A model generated the notes under the pieces. The model ran no database searches, was not told where the DNA came from, and was given only the letters and a program-made list of their open reading frames with translations. From a virus (lineage: Duplodnaviria; Caudoviricetes): 44,028 bases of DNA. This document shows positions 26,189 to 35,572 of the stretch, piece after piece (position 1 is the stretch's first letter; the number at the start of each line of letters is the position of its first letter). The DNA lies in the IMG/VR virus record IMGVR_UViG_3300035190_000600, positions 1-44,028 of that record; one strand, written 5' to 3'. Both the position numbers and the translations under genes were made by a program.

Positions 26189-26914
26189 TCAGCGAACGGT
26201 TGCCATGCCCCAATAGTCAACGGCGCATTTAGAAAGGACAGTTGTGCTTGTTCCACAACCCAAACCCATTGCATAAACGCCGCTACTTGAAGCACCTGAT
26301 GTTTTAAGGCAATCCAAGGTAATTTCACCAACTTTTACGCTGTCAACATAAAACTGATGCTTAATACCATCAGTAATAATGCCCAAAGCATAAAAAGTTG
26401 CAGCCGTCATAGGTGCGACATTAGCCCACGCAACTGTAGTAGCATCATTGCGTGCGCCAATTTGGATAAAACCGTTATAAAAACGGAAACCAATACCTTG
26501 CGCCTGCGTGATGGAAACTGCCGTAGTTCCGTTAGACCAAAGCCCCCATACAGCATAATGCGTTGCCGTTGAACCCGCGCTGCGAACGCGAGCAAAGCAC
26601 GACAACGGCTTGCCAGGCAGCAAATGTTGAATTCCGCGACAGCGAACCAACATTTCGTCGCTTGCAGCAGCCCCAGATGTAAGGCTGTACACACCGTTGG
26701 TATCACCGGTGCTTGCAACATAACTACCAGCAGCAACGGCAGTTCCCGTGGCGGTCAAGTCATACGGCAAAACCGTCGTACTAACGCCAGTCGGAACTCC
26801 TTCAAAAAAGTCATCCCACATTCCTACGGAAATTGGCATTGCCCCCGGAAGCTCTGTGCTAGCTCCAGTCGGCAAACCAATTTGAGGAAATTGAGTAGTT
26901 TGCGAAAACAACAT
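26189..26914 (-). CDS. Probable capsid decoration/minor head protein
   Basis: True start MLFSQTT at 26914 after aagga; beta-sandwich-like with WDDF; directly after the capsid gene. Confidence 0.6.
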   Translation of the reverse strand: MLFSQTTQFPQIGLPTGASTELPGAMPISVGMWDDFFEGVPTGVSTTVLPYDLTATGTAVAAGSYVASTGDTNGVYSLTSGAAASDEMLVRCRGIQHLLPGKPLSCFARVRSAGSTATHYAVWGLWSNGTTAVSITQAQGIGFRFYNGFIQIGARNDATTVAWANVAPMTAATFYALGIITDGIKHQFYVDSVKVGEITLDCLKTSGASSSGVYAMGLGCGTSTTVLSKCAVDYWGMATVR

Positions 26915-26933
26915 AGTTGATTTTTCCTTTCGA

Positions 26934-28157
26934 TCAGTAGGCCGAGTAGACCTGAGCCGGGGACAAAGTGGTGGACGGGAAGGTTCCCGCAACAGTACCC
27001 GGCGTGATGATCGCGTGGGTGTGGCGTGCCGTGCAGACATTGTTGAAGTAGCTGTTGATGTAAACAGTCTTCGTAAACGGCTGGTTGAACGGCGACATCG
27101 GCGGCTTGCGCACAAAGTACTTGTCCTTGTGGAAAACCGTCTTGAGGTACTTGGCGTTGAGCAAGTAGTAGCGCGGGCCGCGACCAGAGGCGTTAGTATC
27201 ACCTTCGGACACCAAAGCCGAACCAGTCGTGTACAGCGGCGCGGCATCCAATTGCGGGACATACACCAGTTCCATACCGGCGTACATCGGGCCGTTGAAA
27301 GCCGAGTCGGGGCTGGTGCGGTTGGTGTACCAGTCCTGACCTTGGCGCAGCAGGTCGGTCATCACGAGAAGACCCTTCTTCGTGGTGAACGCGGCGATGC
27401 TGTTCCAAGTGTTCGGCTCGAAGTACGCTTCCTTACCAGCGGGCGGGCGGAAGTTCAACTGCAAGAACGCATCGTCCATTGCGTTGATGACATTTCGCGC
27501 ACCGGCAGTCGGCTTGACAGCGGGGCTGTCGTAGCCAATCACACGGTTACGCCACTTGGTCTTGCCAGCAGCGGTCGGGCTGATGGTTTCAACGGTGGTA
27601 AACGCGCCTGTGCCGCCGACATCGTTAAACAAACCGTTGGCCGCTTCGTTAATGAACGCCGGAATGCTGTAAGGCTCCTTGCCAGCAGCGGCTTCCATCG
27701 TCGAAGCGTTCGGAACCGCCCACCACTTCGTTTCCATGCCGTTGCAGATCGAGGTCTGCACGCGCATTTCCAGCTTGGTGAGGAGCGATTTGTATTGCAT
27801 GAAGCGCGAGTCGTCGGTGTACGACGAACCAGCGTTCAACGCTTCTTCTTCTTCCGTCCAGCTATAGCTGTCAACGGCAAAACGCCAGGGCGACGACCAG
27901 CGCGTGAGCACTTGGGGCATCGTCGGCGTTTGGGGGTCGTTGGGCTGATACATCGAGAAGGTGTTAGCTTCGTCGAACATCAGTTCGTCACGGATTTCGG
28001 AGCCGCCTTGGACAACTTCCGAGTAATCCTTGCCGCGCACGAAGCGCGCCCACGAGTAGTTTTGGAGTTGAGCGGCGTTGACAAACTTTTCCGGCCCCGT
28101 GAGGAGCAACGGGCCAGTTGCCTCTGCCCAGTCAGCAAAGGAGACAATAGCAGGCAT
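26934..28157 (-). CDS. Major capsid protein
   Basis: 407 aa after the scaffold; GGSEIR...W...EE..N.G pattern; strong C/G third-position codon bias consistent with high expression. Confidence 0.8.
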   Translation of the reverse strand: MPAIVSFADWAEATGPLLLTGPEKFVNAAQLQNYSWARFVRGKDYSEVVQGGSEIRDELMFDEANTFSMYQPNDPQTPTMPQVLTRWSSPWRFAVDSYSWTEEEEALNAGSSYTDDSRFMQYKSLLTKLEMRVQTSICNGMETKWWAVPNASTMEAAAGKEPYSIPAFINEAANGLFNDVGGTGAFTTVETISPTAAGKTKWRNRVIGYDSPAVKPTAGARNVINAMDDAFLQLNFRPPAGKEAYFEPNTWNSIAAFTTKKGLLVMTDLLRQGQDWYTNRTSPDSAFNGPMYAGMELVYVPQLDAAPLYTTGSALVSEGDTNASGRGPRYYLLNAKYLKTVFHKDKYFVRKPPMSPFNQPFTKTVYINSYFNNVCTARHTHAIITPGTVAGTFPSTTLSPAQVYSAY

Positions 28158-28176
28158 TTTTCAGTCCTTGTTTTTG

Positions 28177-29322
28177 TTAGTAACCATCGACGCGACGACG
28201 GGCCTCAGCACCATTCAGTCCTTCGTTGGACATGAGGTGGAAGATAGCGCGATCACGGGACATACCGTTAATTTCGGTAGACCCGCTCCTCTTGGGAACT
28301 GATGCTTGGCCTGCGTTACGCTTCTGGTCTGTTTGGATTCTTTGCGCTTTCACTCGGTTCTGGATTGCATCGCGCAACACAACTTGAGCGGCATCACGCA
28401 TAGCTGACTCTGTCCGTTCTTGGAGGTCGTCAATGTCTGCGTATGCGCCGCTTTCAGCCATGCGTTGCATGGTGGCAATCACATTCCCAAATGTTTCCTT
28501 TTCGCGAAGCTCGGGATAATCAGCGGCAAGCTGCGTGCGTGCGTTTGCCAACAACATTTGCGTGGACAGACCAGCAGCAATTTGGACTTGTTGTTCCATT
28601 TGCTGATAGCGTTCAGACAAAGGTTTGGTGGCACTTTGCAGCGCAGATGCAAACGCTTCTTCAGCTTCGTCGCCTAGCATGAAGGTGTCAGCGAGTTGCT
28701 TTGCGGCCTGACGGATGTAAGCCTGCTCGGGTTGCTCTGCTGCTTTTGCCTGCTTAGTGGCCCGCTCAGAGTCCGTGCGTTGGTTATCCTGTTTCGGCTC
28801 GACTTGCTTCTCGGAACTACCCTTCTTTAGGGCGGCGAATTCCTGAGCCATTCTGTCGGTTTCGCTTTGCACTTTGGCAAGTTGGCGACCCCACTTGAGT
28901 TTGACCTCGTCGGGCAAACCCTCCAGAATGTCCTTAGGAACCTTGGCGCGGCGCAGGGCGGTAAGGGCGCGTTCTTGCGCCTTCGCGTCTGTGCCATCGA
29001 CTTCCGGCTCCCTATCGTCATCGGATTCACTACTTTCAGCAGCTTCGGCTTTGGCCGTCGTTTCCTTCGGTTCCTCAGCCTGCTTGCTCTTGACGAACTT
29101 GCCATCTTCGTTGCGCGTTTGCGCTGAAGATTGCTCTTTTTTGGTCGCTGCTTCCTTGGTCTTAGCCAGCGCAGCTTCCTTCAACGACTCTTGCTCCTGC
29201 ATTTTGGTAGCAAGGGAGTCGTAGACCTCGCGGGCGTGCGCTTCTGCGCTCGGATCCACGGGTGACTTCAGACCCGCCATCGGGGCGGTCGGTTGTTGTT
29301 TAACTTCAGTTTCCGTATTCAT
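28177..29322 (-). CDS. Capsid scaffolding protein
   Basis: Acidic, low-complexity, helical 381 aa between portal and capsid; RNEDGKF motif. Confidence 0.7.
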   Translation of the reverse strand: MNTETEVKQQPTAPMAGLKSPVDPSAEAHAREVYDSLATKMQEQESLKEAALAKTKEAATKKEQSSAQTRNEDGKFVKSKQAEEPKETTAKAEAAESSESDDDREPEVDGTDAKAQERALTALRRAKVPKDILEGLPDEVKLKWGRQLAKVQSETDRMAQEFAALKKGSSEKQVEPKQDNQRTDSERATKQAKAAEQPEQAYIRQAAKQLADTFMLGDEAEEAFASALQSATKPLSERYQQMEQQVQIAAGLSTQMLLANARTQLAADYPELREKETFGNVIATMQRMAESGAYADIDDLQERTESAMRDAAQVVLRDAIQNRVKAQRIQTDQKRNAGQASVPKRSGSTEINGMSRDRAIFHLMSNEGLNGAEARRRVDGY

Positions 29323-29608
29323 ACTTGTACCCCGTTTTAGCTGTAAATTCGCGGATCTCTCTCATGCTGCGGAATGCAGGCTTGCCCGTCCCAGGTTCGT
29401 GGTGCGGCGCGTCTGGATGCCAGCGCGGCAACGAGTGCGAGACAAAGTGAGGCTCGAAGATGCGAGCTTCGGGCAGGTTAGAGGAGATGATGCGCCGGTA
29501 GCTTTTGCCACCTTGTTTAATCAACTTGCCGATCTTTGGTGCTTTCGTCATCGGGTACTCCCGCGTGATGATCTCACCATCGTCAGCTTGGAATTCGTAT
29601 TGAGCCAT
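29306..29608 (-). CDS. Hypothetical protein (FmdB-like N-terminus without cysteines)
   Basis: MAQYEFQADDGE; typical post-portal position. Confidence 0.65.
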   Translation of the reverse strand: MAQYEFQADDGEIITREYPMTKAPKIGKLIKQGGKSYRRIISSNLPEARIFEPHFVSHSLPRWHPDAPHHEPGTGKPAFRSMREIREFTAKTGYKYEYGN

Positions 29609-31527
29609 TACGAACCGCCGCTTGGTTTACCTTGGGTTTTAGACTTAGTCGGGTTTACACCCGCGCCAACTGCTTTCCCGAAGCCTTGGTTTTGTGCCAG
29701 CTTCGGTGCATTACGAACGGGTTCCGGCTGACCACCGCCAGGTCGGCCACCCTGCTGTCCGGCTGCACCGCCAGACATCATTGACAACTCCATGTTCATC
29801 TGCGCCATCTCGGCGGCAGCTTCTAGGTTCAGATACTGGTCGAGGTCAGGCATGTTGAAGGCTTCGCCCCAACGCTTGAACCACGACTTCCAATCCCAGA
29901 AGGGGATCGCCATAACGGCGGGCAGCATCTGCATAACAGCGTTGCTTGCCGCAATCATCTTCTGCACTTCGCTGCCGTCATTACGCACAGCGTCGATGTG
30001 AATCTCTAGGTCGTCGAAGCTCATGCCCGAACCTTCTTCGTCGGTGTCGGTAAGCTGACCTAGCATCTGGATCATCGCATCGCCCTGCTCACGCGGCATA
30101 TAGCCAGCCTTCACAGCGCGGCGCACGCCCTCGGCCATTTGTTCCGGCGACTGACCGCCGACAAACACGCCGTATTCGCGACCAAGCGGCAGCACGCTGC
30201 GCTCGTCTTGGTCGAAGTACCACAGCACGCTGCGGAACAGACGCTTCTCAAACTCCATGAACTTCATGTCCACGAAGCCGGTGAGTGCGCTGCTTGCCTG
30301 TGCAGCAATGGCGTTCTCAGTAGCCGTGCCCGCGCCACTCACTTGGCCGCGCACAGCGTCACCCATAGCAAGGTTGCGGTCTACGCGACCACGCAACTCA
30401 AACTCGCGCATCTGCGCGTCTTGGGATGCGCCGCCAACCTCGATCTCGATGACTTTGTTTTTCTCGATGCCGCTAACTGCAACGATGTCACCATCCGGCG
30501 CATTAGCCAGCTTGTTGATCATCGAGGGCTTGAGGCCGTCTACGAGCGCAAGCGTCTTGCGGCGTTGCGCAGCGTTGTTGTTAGCGCGAGCTTGGTTGTT
30601 TAGCTCTTGGATCTGGCCTTCGTTCGCCGTGAGCGCAGATAGCGGCGCAGACTCATCCGGTACGGTGTACTGACCGCCAACAACATACGGCCCCCAACGC
30701 GGTCCATAGAACGGACGAGGATCGCGAAGGAAAGTAGCTTGGCCTTTGCCGTCCTCACTGGCCCACGCAACGGTGAAGATCGTGCCGTGGTAGCGCGTCT
30801 TCTCTTCCTTTGACATTCCTTCCCAGAACTTGTCGTCCTCGGGGAGGTTGTACTCGGGAACCCAGATCTCAAAGTAGATGATCTCGTTGCGCGACGGCGT
30901 TTCGCCATGTTCGTACTTGTTGCGAACACCTTTAGCGTCGATGTCGGTCGGAATCTGCGAGATGTTCTCTGTGATCCAACCGGTGTCCTTGTCCTTCGCG
31001 TCCTCAAGGAGGTCGTCCTTGTCGCGAATCATGACATGGAACATGTACCGCGCTTCTTCGATGGACAGCGCAATGGGATCCCAACCGAAACGGCGCGGCG
31101 ACAAACGCACGGCCTTCGGGGTCATAACAGGGTCTTCGGCCTGCTCAAAGCCAGTACGCGGCGACTGATGCACAACCGCGACGGCCCAAGCAAAACAGAA
31201 GTCCGTGCCGAGCTTCTCGCGCTCGCGCTGGTAGTTGGTGTCTAGAATCCAGCGGTTGCCTGCGTCCTCAAGTGCCTGCACACGCGCTTGGTCACGCGCC
31301 GTGGACAGGCGGATCTTCGGCTCAATGGCCGTCAGACGCGCTACCGTGTGCGCTACATACGAGTAGTAGTAGTTCTCGGGGAAGTACTCCTCTTTGCCAG
31401 AGAAGCGACCGTAGAACGGCGAGGCGTAGCGTTGGACTTGACGGCCAAACCACTCGCGGTGCTTCTCGCAATAGCGTTGCGCGGCCTGCACTTCGTCGTA
31501 CAGATTTTGTGCAGTTACCTTAAGCAT
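29608..31527 (-). CDS. Portal protein (P22-like)
   Basis: 639 aa immediately after TerL; SPRRFGWDP and GTATE motifs; Gln/Gly-rich tail. Confidence 0.85.
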   Translation of the reverse strand: MLKVTAQNLYDEVQAAQRYCEKHREWFGRQVQRYASPFYGRFSGKEEYFPENYYYSYVAHTVARLTAIEPKIRLSTARDQARVQALEDAGNRWILDTNYQREREKLGTDFCFAWAVAVVHQSPRTGFEQAEDPVMTPKAVRLSPRRFGWDPIALSIEEARYMFHVMIRDKDDLLEDAKDKDTGWITENISQIPTDIDAKGVRNKYEHGETPSRNEIIYFEIWVPEYNLPEDDKFWEGMSKEEKTRYHGTIFTVAWASEDGKGQATFLRDPRPFYGPRWGPYVVGGQYTVPDESAPLSALTANEGQIQELNNQARANNNAAQRRKTLALVDGLKPSMINKLANAPDGDIVAVSGIEKNKVIEIEVGGASQDAQMREFELRGRVDRNLAMGDAVRGQVSGAGTATENAIAAQASSALTGFVDMKFMEFEKRLFRSVLWYFDQDERSVLPLGREYGVFVGGQSPEQMAEGVRRAVKAGYMPREQGDAMIQMLGQLTDTDEEGSGMSFDDLEIHIDAVRNDGSEVQKMIAASNAVMQMLPAVMAIPFWDWKSWFKRWGEAFNMPDLDQYLNLEAAAEMAQMNMELSMMSGGAAGQQGGRPGGGQPEPVRNAPKLAQNQGFGKAVGAGVNPTKSKTQGKPSGGS

Positions 31528-33013
31528 TGCTCATTTCCCATTTTTCGTGATCTAGCAGTTGTCCTAAGGATCCACCTTCGTACTTCGGCTTGTACTCGAC
31601 CTCTTTGCCAAGGTCGCGCTCCCACGAGAAGGTACACGCCCCGCGCATAGCGTCACAGCCGTGGTCAATACAGCCGGGGTCGGGCGTGTCGCGGTTCAGC
31701 TTGCCGTCCTCGACAAGCGGATACACATACGCCGGAATTTCCATTTCAGTACACCACGGCTTACCTTCGCTTTCTAGCCGCGTGTCCTTGTATTTCGTCG
31801 CGTTGCGCAGCAGGTACAAGCCAAAAGTGCCATCCCCGCGCCGCTTGAAGCGCACGCGCACTTGGTCGATGCCTGCCTTCTCGCCGCCAGGGCCGCGATG
31901 CTTATCCCATTGGCGCACGATACGCGCCATGCCGTGACGATCCAGCCAACGGTTGAGGTTAGAGATGAACGCCGGATCGTGGTCAGTCACGATAGCGGCC
32001 ATCTCAAACTCTTGGTTGACCTCGACGATAGCCTTAGCCCATTGGTCGTGATCCCAATGACGCTTGTAGATCTCGACTAAGCGGTACATCCGGTTCTCGG
32101 AGTCCACGCCCCAGCATTGGAAGACACCTGGGGCATCAAATCCAATATCCTGTGCGCCAAGGAACCACTTGATGTGGACTGGCTTGTCGAGGTTGGGCGA
32201 CACGAGGAACCACTCCCCGTTTTGCTTTTCTACTTGGCCGTCGATCACATGGTGATGCGGCTCGTAGTTTTCCCACACTTGGCCTTCTGCGCTGACCCAC
32301 TTACCGTAGTACAGACGCTGCAAGCGCACGCCGGACAAGCTGTTTTTGAGACGGCCAAGGTACTCTGCGCCGTCAGTTGTCCACGACTTTGTATCGTGCT
32401 TGTACCACTTAGGGTTGTCCCAGAAGCGTCCGACGATGCGGCGAGCCTTGCCCTGCAAGCAACGCTGGTTAGCCCAATGGTACTCGTCTTCTGGGTTACA
32501 GTCGCCAATAAGCACGCGGAACGGCGTTCCCGAACGGCGCAAAGCGCGGTGTAGTGACTCCCACTTAGCAAGCGTCGTTTCCTGACACTCGTTGAAGAAG
32601 ATCACATTGTATTGCGTCGAGAACAGCTTCGTGGGGTTGTCGAAGCCGCCTAGGATCACCTCCCCGCCCAACTGAGGATGCTTATACGACTGCCGATGCT
32701 CTCGCGAAGGACCACCGACGATAGCCGGATGGTCAACGCCAAGAACTTCGTTTTCCCAGATGTCTAAGAACGATTCGTTCAGCGACACGCGGGTTTCGCG
32801 CAACACGAGAATCTTGCATTGCGGATAGGTGTTGCACATCGCCTTGATCCACTCACCCATCAAGCGCGACTTGCCACAGCCTGCCACACCCTCGTAAATG
32901 GCTTCCATCGGCGGCTTGACGCTGCCGTTTAGCCATCCAAAAAGCTGATTCGCGCCCTCACCGTAGGCGTGAAACTGCTCCTTTTTTACGGGGATTTGTG
33001 CTTCTTCGATCAC
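31520..33013 (-). CDS. terL: Terminase large subunit
   Basis: Walker A YEGVAGCGKS, Walker B-like IFFNE, DCNP coupling motif, nuclease QDIGFD and DHGCDAMR. Confidence 0.95.
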   Translation of the reverse strand: MIEEAQIPVKKEQFHAYGEGANQLFGWLNGSVKPPMEAIYEGVAGCGKSRLMGEWIKAMCNTYPQCKILVLRETRVSLNESFLDIWENEVLGVDHPAIVGGPSREHRQSYKHPQLGGEVILGGFDNPTKLFSTQYNVIFFNECQETTLAKWESLHRALRRSGTPFRVLIGDCNPEDEYHWANQRCLQGKARRIVGRFWDNPKWYKHDTKSWTTDGAEYLGRLKNSLSGVRLQRLYYGKWVSAEGQVWENYEPHHHVIDGQVEKQNGEWFLVSPNLDKPVHIKWFLGAQDIGFDAPGVFQCWGVDSENRMYRLVEIYKRHWDHDQWAKAIVEVNQEFEMAAIVTDHDPAFISNLNRWLDRHGMARIVRQWDKHRGPGGEKAGIDQVRVRFKRRGDGTFGLYLLRNATKYKDTRLESEGKPWCTEMEIPAYVYPLVEDGKLNRDTPDPGCIDHGCDAMRGACTFSWERDLGKEVEYKPKYEGGSLGQLLDHEKWEMSNA

Positions 33014-33405
33014 GATAGCTGCGGCAAGATGGTTACCACCTTGTTCACATATAAGAATGTCCAGTCTTGCGCACCCTGCGATGCCAATTTGAACTCCAAG
33101 CGATAGGTATGTCCACCAATTAATGAAATACCTAGGCCTAAGGCAGTTACTTCAAGTCGGTGCTTAAAGTTCCAACCAAGTGCGTCCTGCGACCAACCGT
33201 ATGTAGTTTGCAGCGAATTTGAAATGACCTGTCCAATCGGCAGCGCGGCTACGGTATAGACTGCGGTGGTTGACTGCGTGGACAGGTCATATACCTTGAG
33301 TTGGATGCTAGCAATGTCGCCCATAACAATAGGCTGTTGCTGCGGGTTAACAACGCGAGCAAGCGTAAAAATATCTTCGTTTTGATTTTGCGTTGCGACG
33401 ATCAT
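33010..33405 (-). CDS. Hypothetical virion-associated beta-sandwich protein
   Basis: 131 aa, coupled to both neighbours. Confidence 0.65.
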   Translation of the reverse strand: MIVATQNQNEDIFTLARVVNPQQQPIVMGDIASIQLKVYDLSTQSTTAVYTVAALPIGQVISNSLQTTYGWSQDALGWNFKHRLEVTALGLGISLIGGHTYRLEFKLASQGAQDWTFLYVNKVVTILPQLS

Positions 33406-34265
33406 TGCACAACTCCGCTGCCGTAGACTTGGCGACCGACAAGAATTTGACCTTTAAACGGCAACTCAGTTACATCCGGCGCATCGCTAATGATGTACAG
33501 CGTTACAGAATCTTCGCCCTCGTTAGGCGGCGAGTCTGTATCGCGGCAAGTAGCGCGAATCGTGTGCGTGCCTGGTAACAAACCATTAAGCACAAAGGTC
33601 TGACCCTCATACAGCACGCCGGTAGTGGTATTGCTATACCACTTGATGCTGCTGGTCAAATCGCCATCAACCGTGTCAACTGCCGTAGCGTTAAACTTAA
33701 CAGCAGAACCTGCGGGATATGATGTTCCCGTTTCAGGCGACAAAATTGTCACCGTAGGTGGCGTAGCAACATTGGTTACCGTTACTGTTACGGTGTCAGT
33801 TGAGGTGTTCGGCGGGTTGCTAAATGTTGCCGTAATTGTGTGTACACCTACAGCCAAATCTGTCAGCGTTGCCCCTGCGCCAGTAAACAAATCACCAGTA
33901 AGACTGCTAGTCCACACAACAGTTGCGGCAGACGCAGGATTACCATCTAGCGTGCAACTTGCTTCTAGCGTTACGACATCGCCTGTGTCTACAGAAATTG
34001 GTGCGGCAGGCGAGGTAATTGTTACAACAGGCACAGCAGCAAGCGGCACAGGCTCTACTTGCGTGACATACCACCACGGAATAGTCACCGTGCCAGATAC
34101 GCCCACAACCGGCACTTCGCCCGTAGGCGGCGCGGCATCAGGCGAGTTAGTAATCTCGCGGTTAGTACCACCTACATCGCGAACATTTAGACGATTGTTG
34201 ACATTGGGCGCGATGTTGACCATCGACCCACCGCTAGTGCGCACGCGAAAGCGTGTAAAAGGCAC
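33402..34265 (-). CDS. Ig-like domain virion protein (two tandem domains)
   Basis: Repeats P.VTI.SP...V...A...DG...WxS....L..GxHTIxAT. Confidence 0.8.
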   Translation of the reverse strand: MPFTRFRVRTSGGSMVNIAPNVNNRLNVRDVGGTNREITNSPDAAPPTGEVPVVGVSGTVTIPWWYVTQVEPVPLAAVPVVTITSPAAPISVDTGDVVTLEASCTLDGNPASAATVVWTSSLTGDLFTGAGATLTDLAVGVHTITATFSNPPNTSTDTVTVTVTNVATPPTVTILSPETGTSYPAGSAVKFNATAVDTVDGDLTSSIKWYSNTTTGVLYEGQTFVLNGLLPGTHTIRATCRDTDSPPNEGEDSVTLYIISDAPDVTELPFKGQILVGRQVYGSGVVQ

Positions 34266-35566
34266 TAGTTAAGTACCTCCCAAATGGCGGCGTGCAAAGT
34301 GATGTACTCGTTAACAGCAGCAGCAGTTGCGTTGCTAAATCCCATTTCAACGCGAATCTTTTTAGATGCGTCTGCGTTAGTCGTGTTAATTGTTGAAGGC
34401 GAAAAGAATCCAGCAGCCAAATAGTTGCCCATGGCAATACCTGCACCGCCAAAGTCACGCAGTTGCGCAAGTTCTAGTGCGCCGTAATAACCGCTGTTTG
34501 TTGCGCCGTCACCAAAAAACACAAGTGTGCCTTTCACAACAAACTCGTAAATTGTGCCAATTGTTAAAGTGCTTGCTGATTGAATGTTCTGCATCAGCAA
34601 CGCAGGCCCACTAGCACTATCAAGATAAAATTGAATATTTAAATTTCTAGCAACGGCATTACATTTTGCACCGCCAATTAAAGTAAAACGAACAACTTTG
34701 CCGTTTAATGCGCCTGTAGATGTTCCGCTTGGATCCTTAACTTTTGCGCAGTCTGGCAGCGTGTTAAAAGCAAAATTGCTAGTTGTTGTAGTTGGAATAG
34801 TAAAATTAGCAAATGGCTGCGTGGTGCTATTTACTGGCAACACAGGCACAGTTGCAGATGTCAACTTGTACCCAGCAGTATCCGCTGGTGCAGGGCAATC
34901 TACTTGAACAACCCTTGCTCGCTCCGCCCAAGCAGCAGTTCCATTAGATCCAGCGGCAGTTGCATTGCTTTTTAAAACGCGACTGCTAATGCCAAATCCC
35001 AAAAAACCTTGACGATTTGCTAGATCAGCAATACGGTCTTGGCTAAACGATCCGGTTGCAATAGCCGTCGCGTCTAAAGCACCGCCAGAAGTAGCTCCAA
35101 GATGCGCGTGTTGCGCATTTGTAAAGCCAGTTGAACTAATTGTCGGCGTAGTCAGCGTTTTATTGTCAAGTGTTTGCGTGCCGGTAGTGCCAACCGCAAT
35201 GCCGTTGCCTTGAACATATACATTGCCGCTGCCTTTAGCTTGTACACGCAAGTCAGCGTCAGTTGCGCTGCTAACCGCACTAACAATTGCACCGTTTCCA
35301 GCCGCCTGCGTAGTCAGCTTGACTGCATCGTAATCCGAAGTCGTGCCCGTAGAAGCAAGGTCAAGCACCCGCGCAGGCGTAGCACCTACAGCCAACAGCC
35401 GCGACGCTACCGTAGTCGGGTCTAGCGTCTTATCCACCAAAGTCTGCGCACCAGAGGTGTACACCACGGTACTCGGCAAATGCGCCGTACCTACCGTGTC
35501 ACCAGCCACAAACTCTCGGATCTCGTTCGGGCCAGTCGTCAGCTTTAGCGGGATTTTGTCAGCCAT
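34265..35566 (-). CDS. Tail fibre-like protein
   Basis: QTLVDKTL and QTLDNKTLTTPTI fibre motifs; Ala/Thr/Gly-rich. Confidence 0.65.
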   Translation of the reverse strand: MADKIPLKLTTGPNEIREFVAGDTVGTAHLPSTVVYTSGAQTLVDKTLDPTTVASRLLAVGATPARVLDLASTGTTSDYDAVKLTTQAAGNGAIVSAVSSATDADLRVQAKGSGNVYVQGNGIAVGTTGTQTLDNKTLTTPTISSTGFTNAQHAHLGATSGGALDATAIATGSFSQDRIADLANRQGFLGFGISSRVLKSNATAAGSNGTAAWAERARVVQVDCPAPADTAGYKLTSATVPVLPVNSTTQPFANFTIPTTTTSNFAFNTLPDCAKVKDPSGTSTGALNGKVVRFTLIGGAKCNAVARNLNIQFYLDSASGPALLMQNIQSASTLTIGTIYEFVVKGTLVFFGDGATNSGYYGALELAQLRDFGGAGIAMGNYLAAGFFSPSTINTTNADASKKIRVEMGFSNATAAAVNEYITLHAAIWEVLN

Positions 35567-35572
35567 AGTTTG

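Noticed and set aside
26915-27262. N-terminal extension of the 26189 ORF (possible capsid frameshift fusion)
   Set aside because: A separate SD and ATG exist at 26914; no convincing slippery site identified
27015-28235. 406-aa antisense ORF over the capsid gene
   Set aside because: Explained by capsid codon bias removing antisense stops; no recognisable motifs
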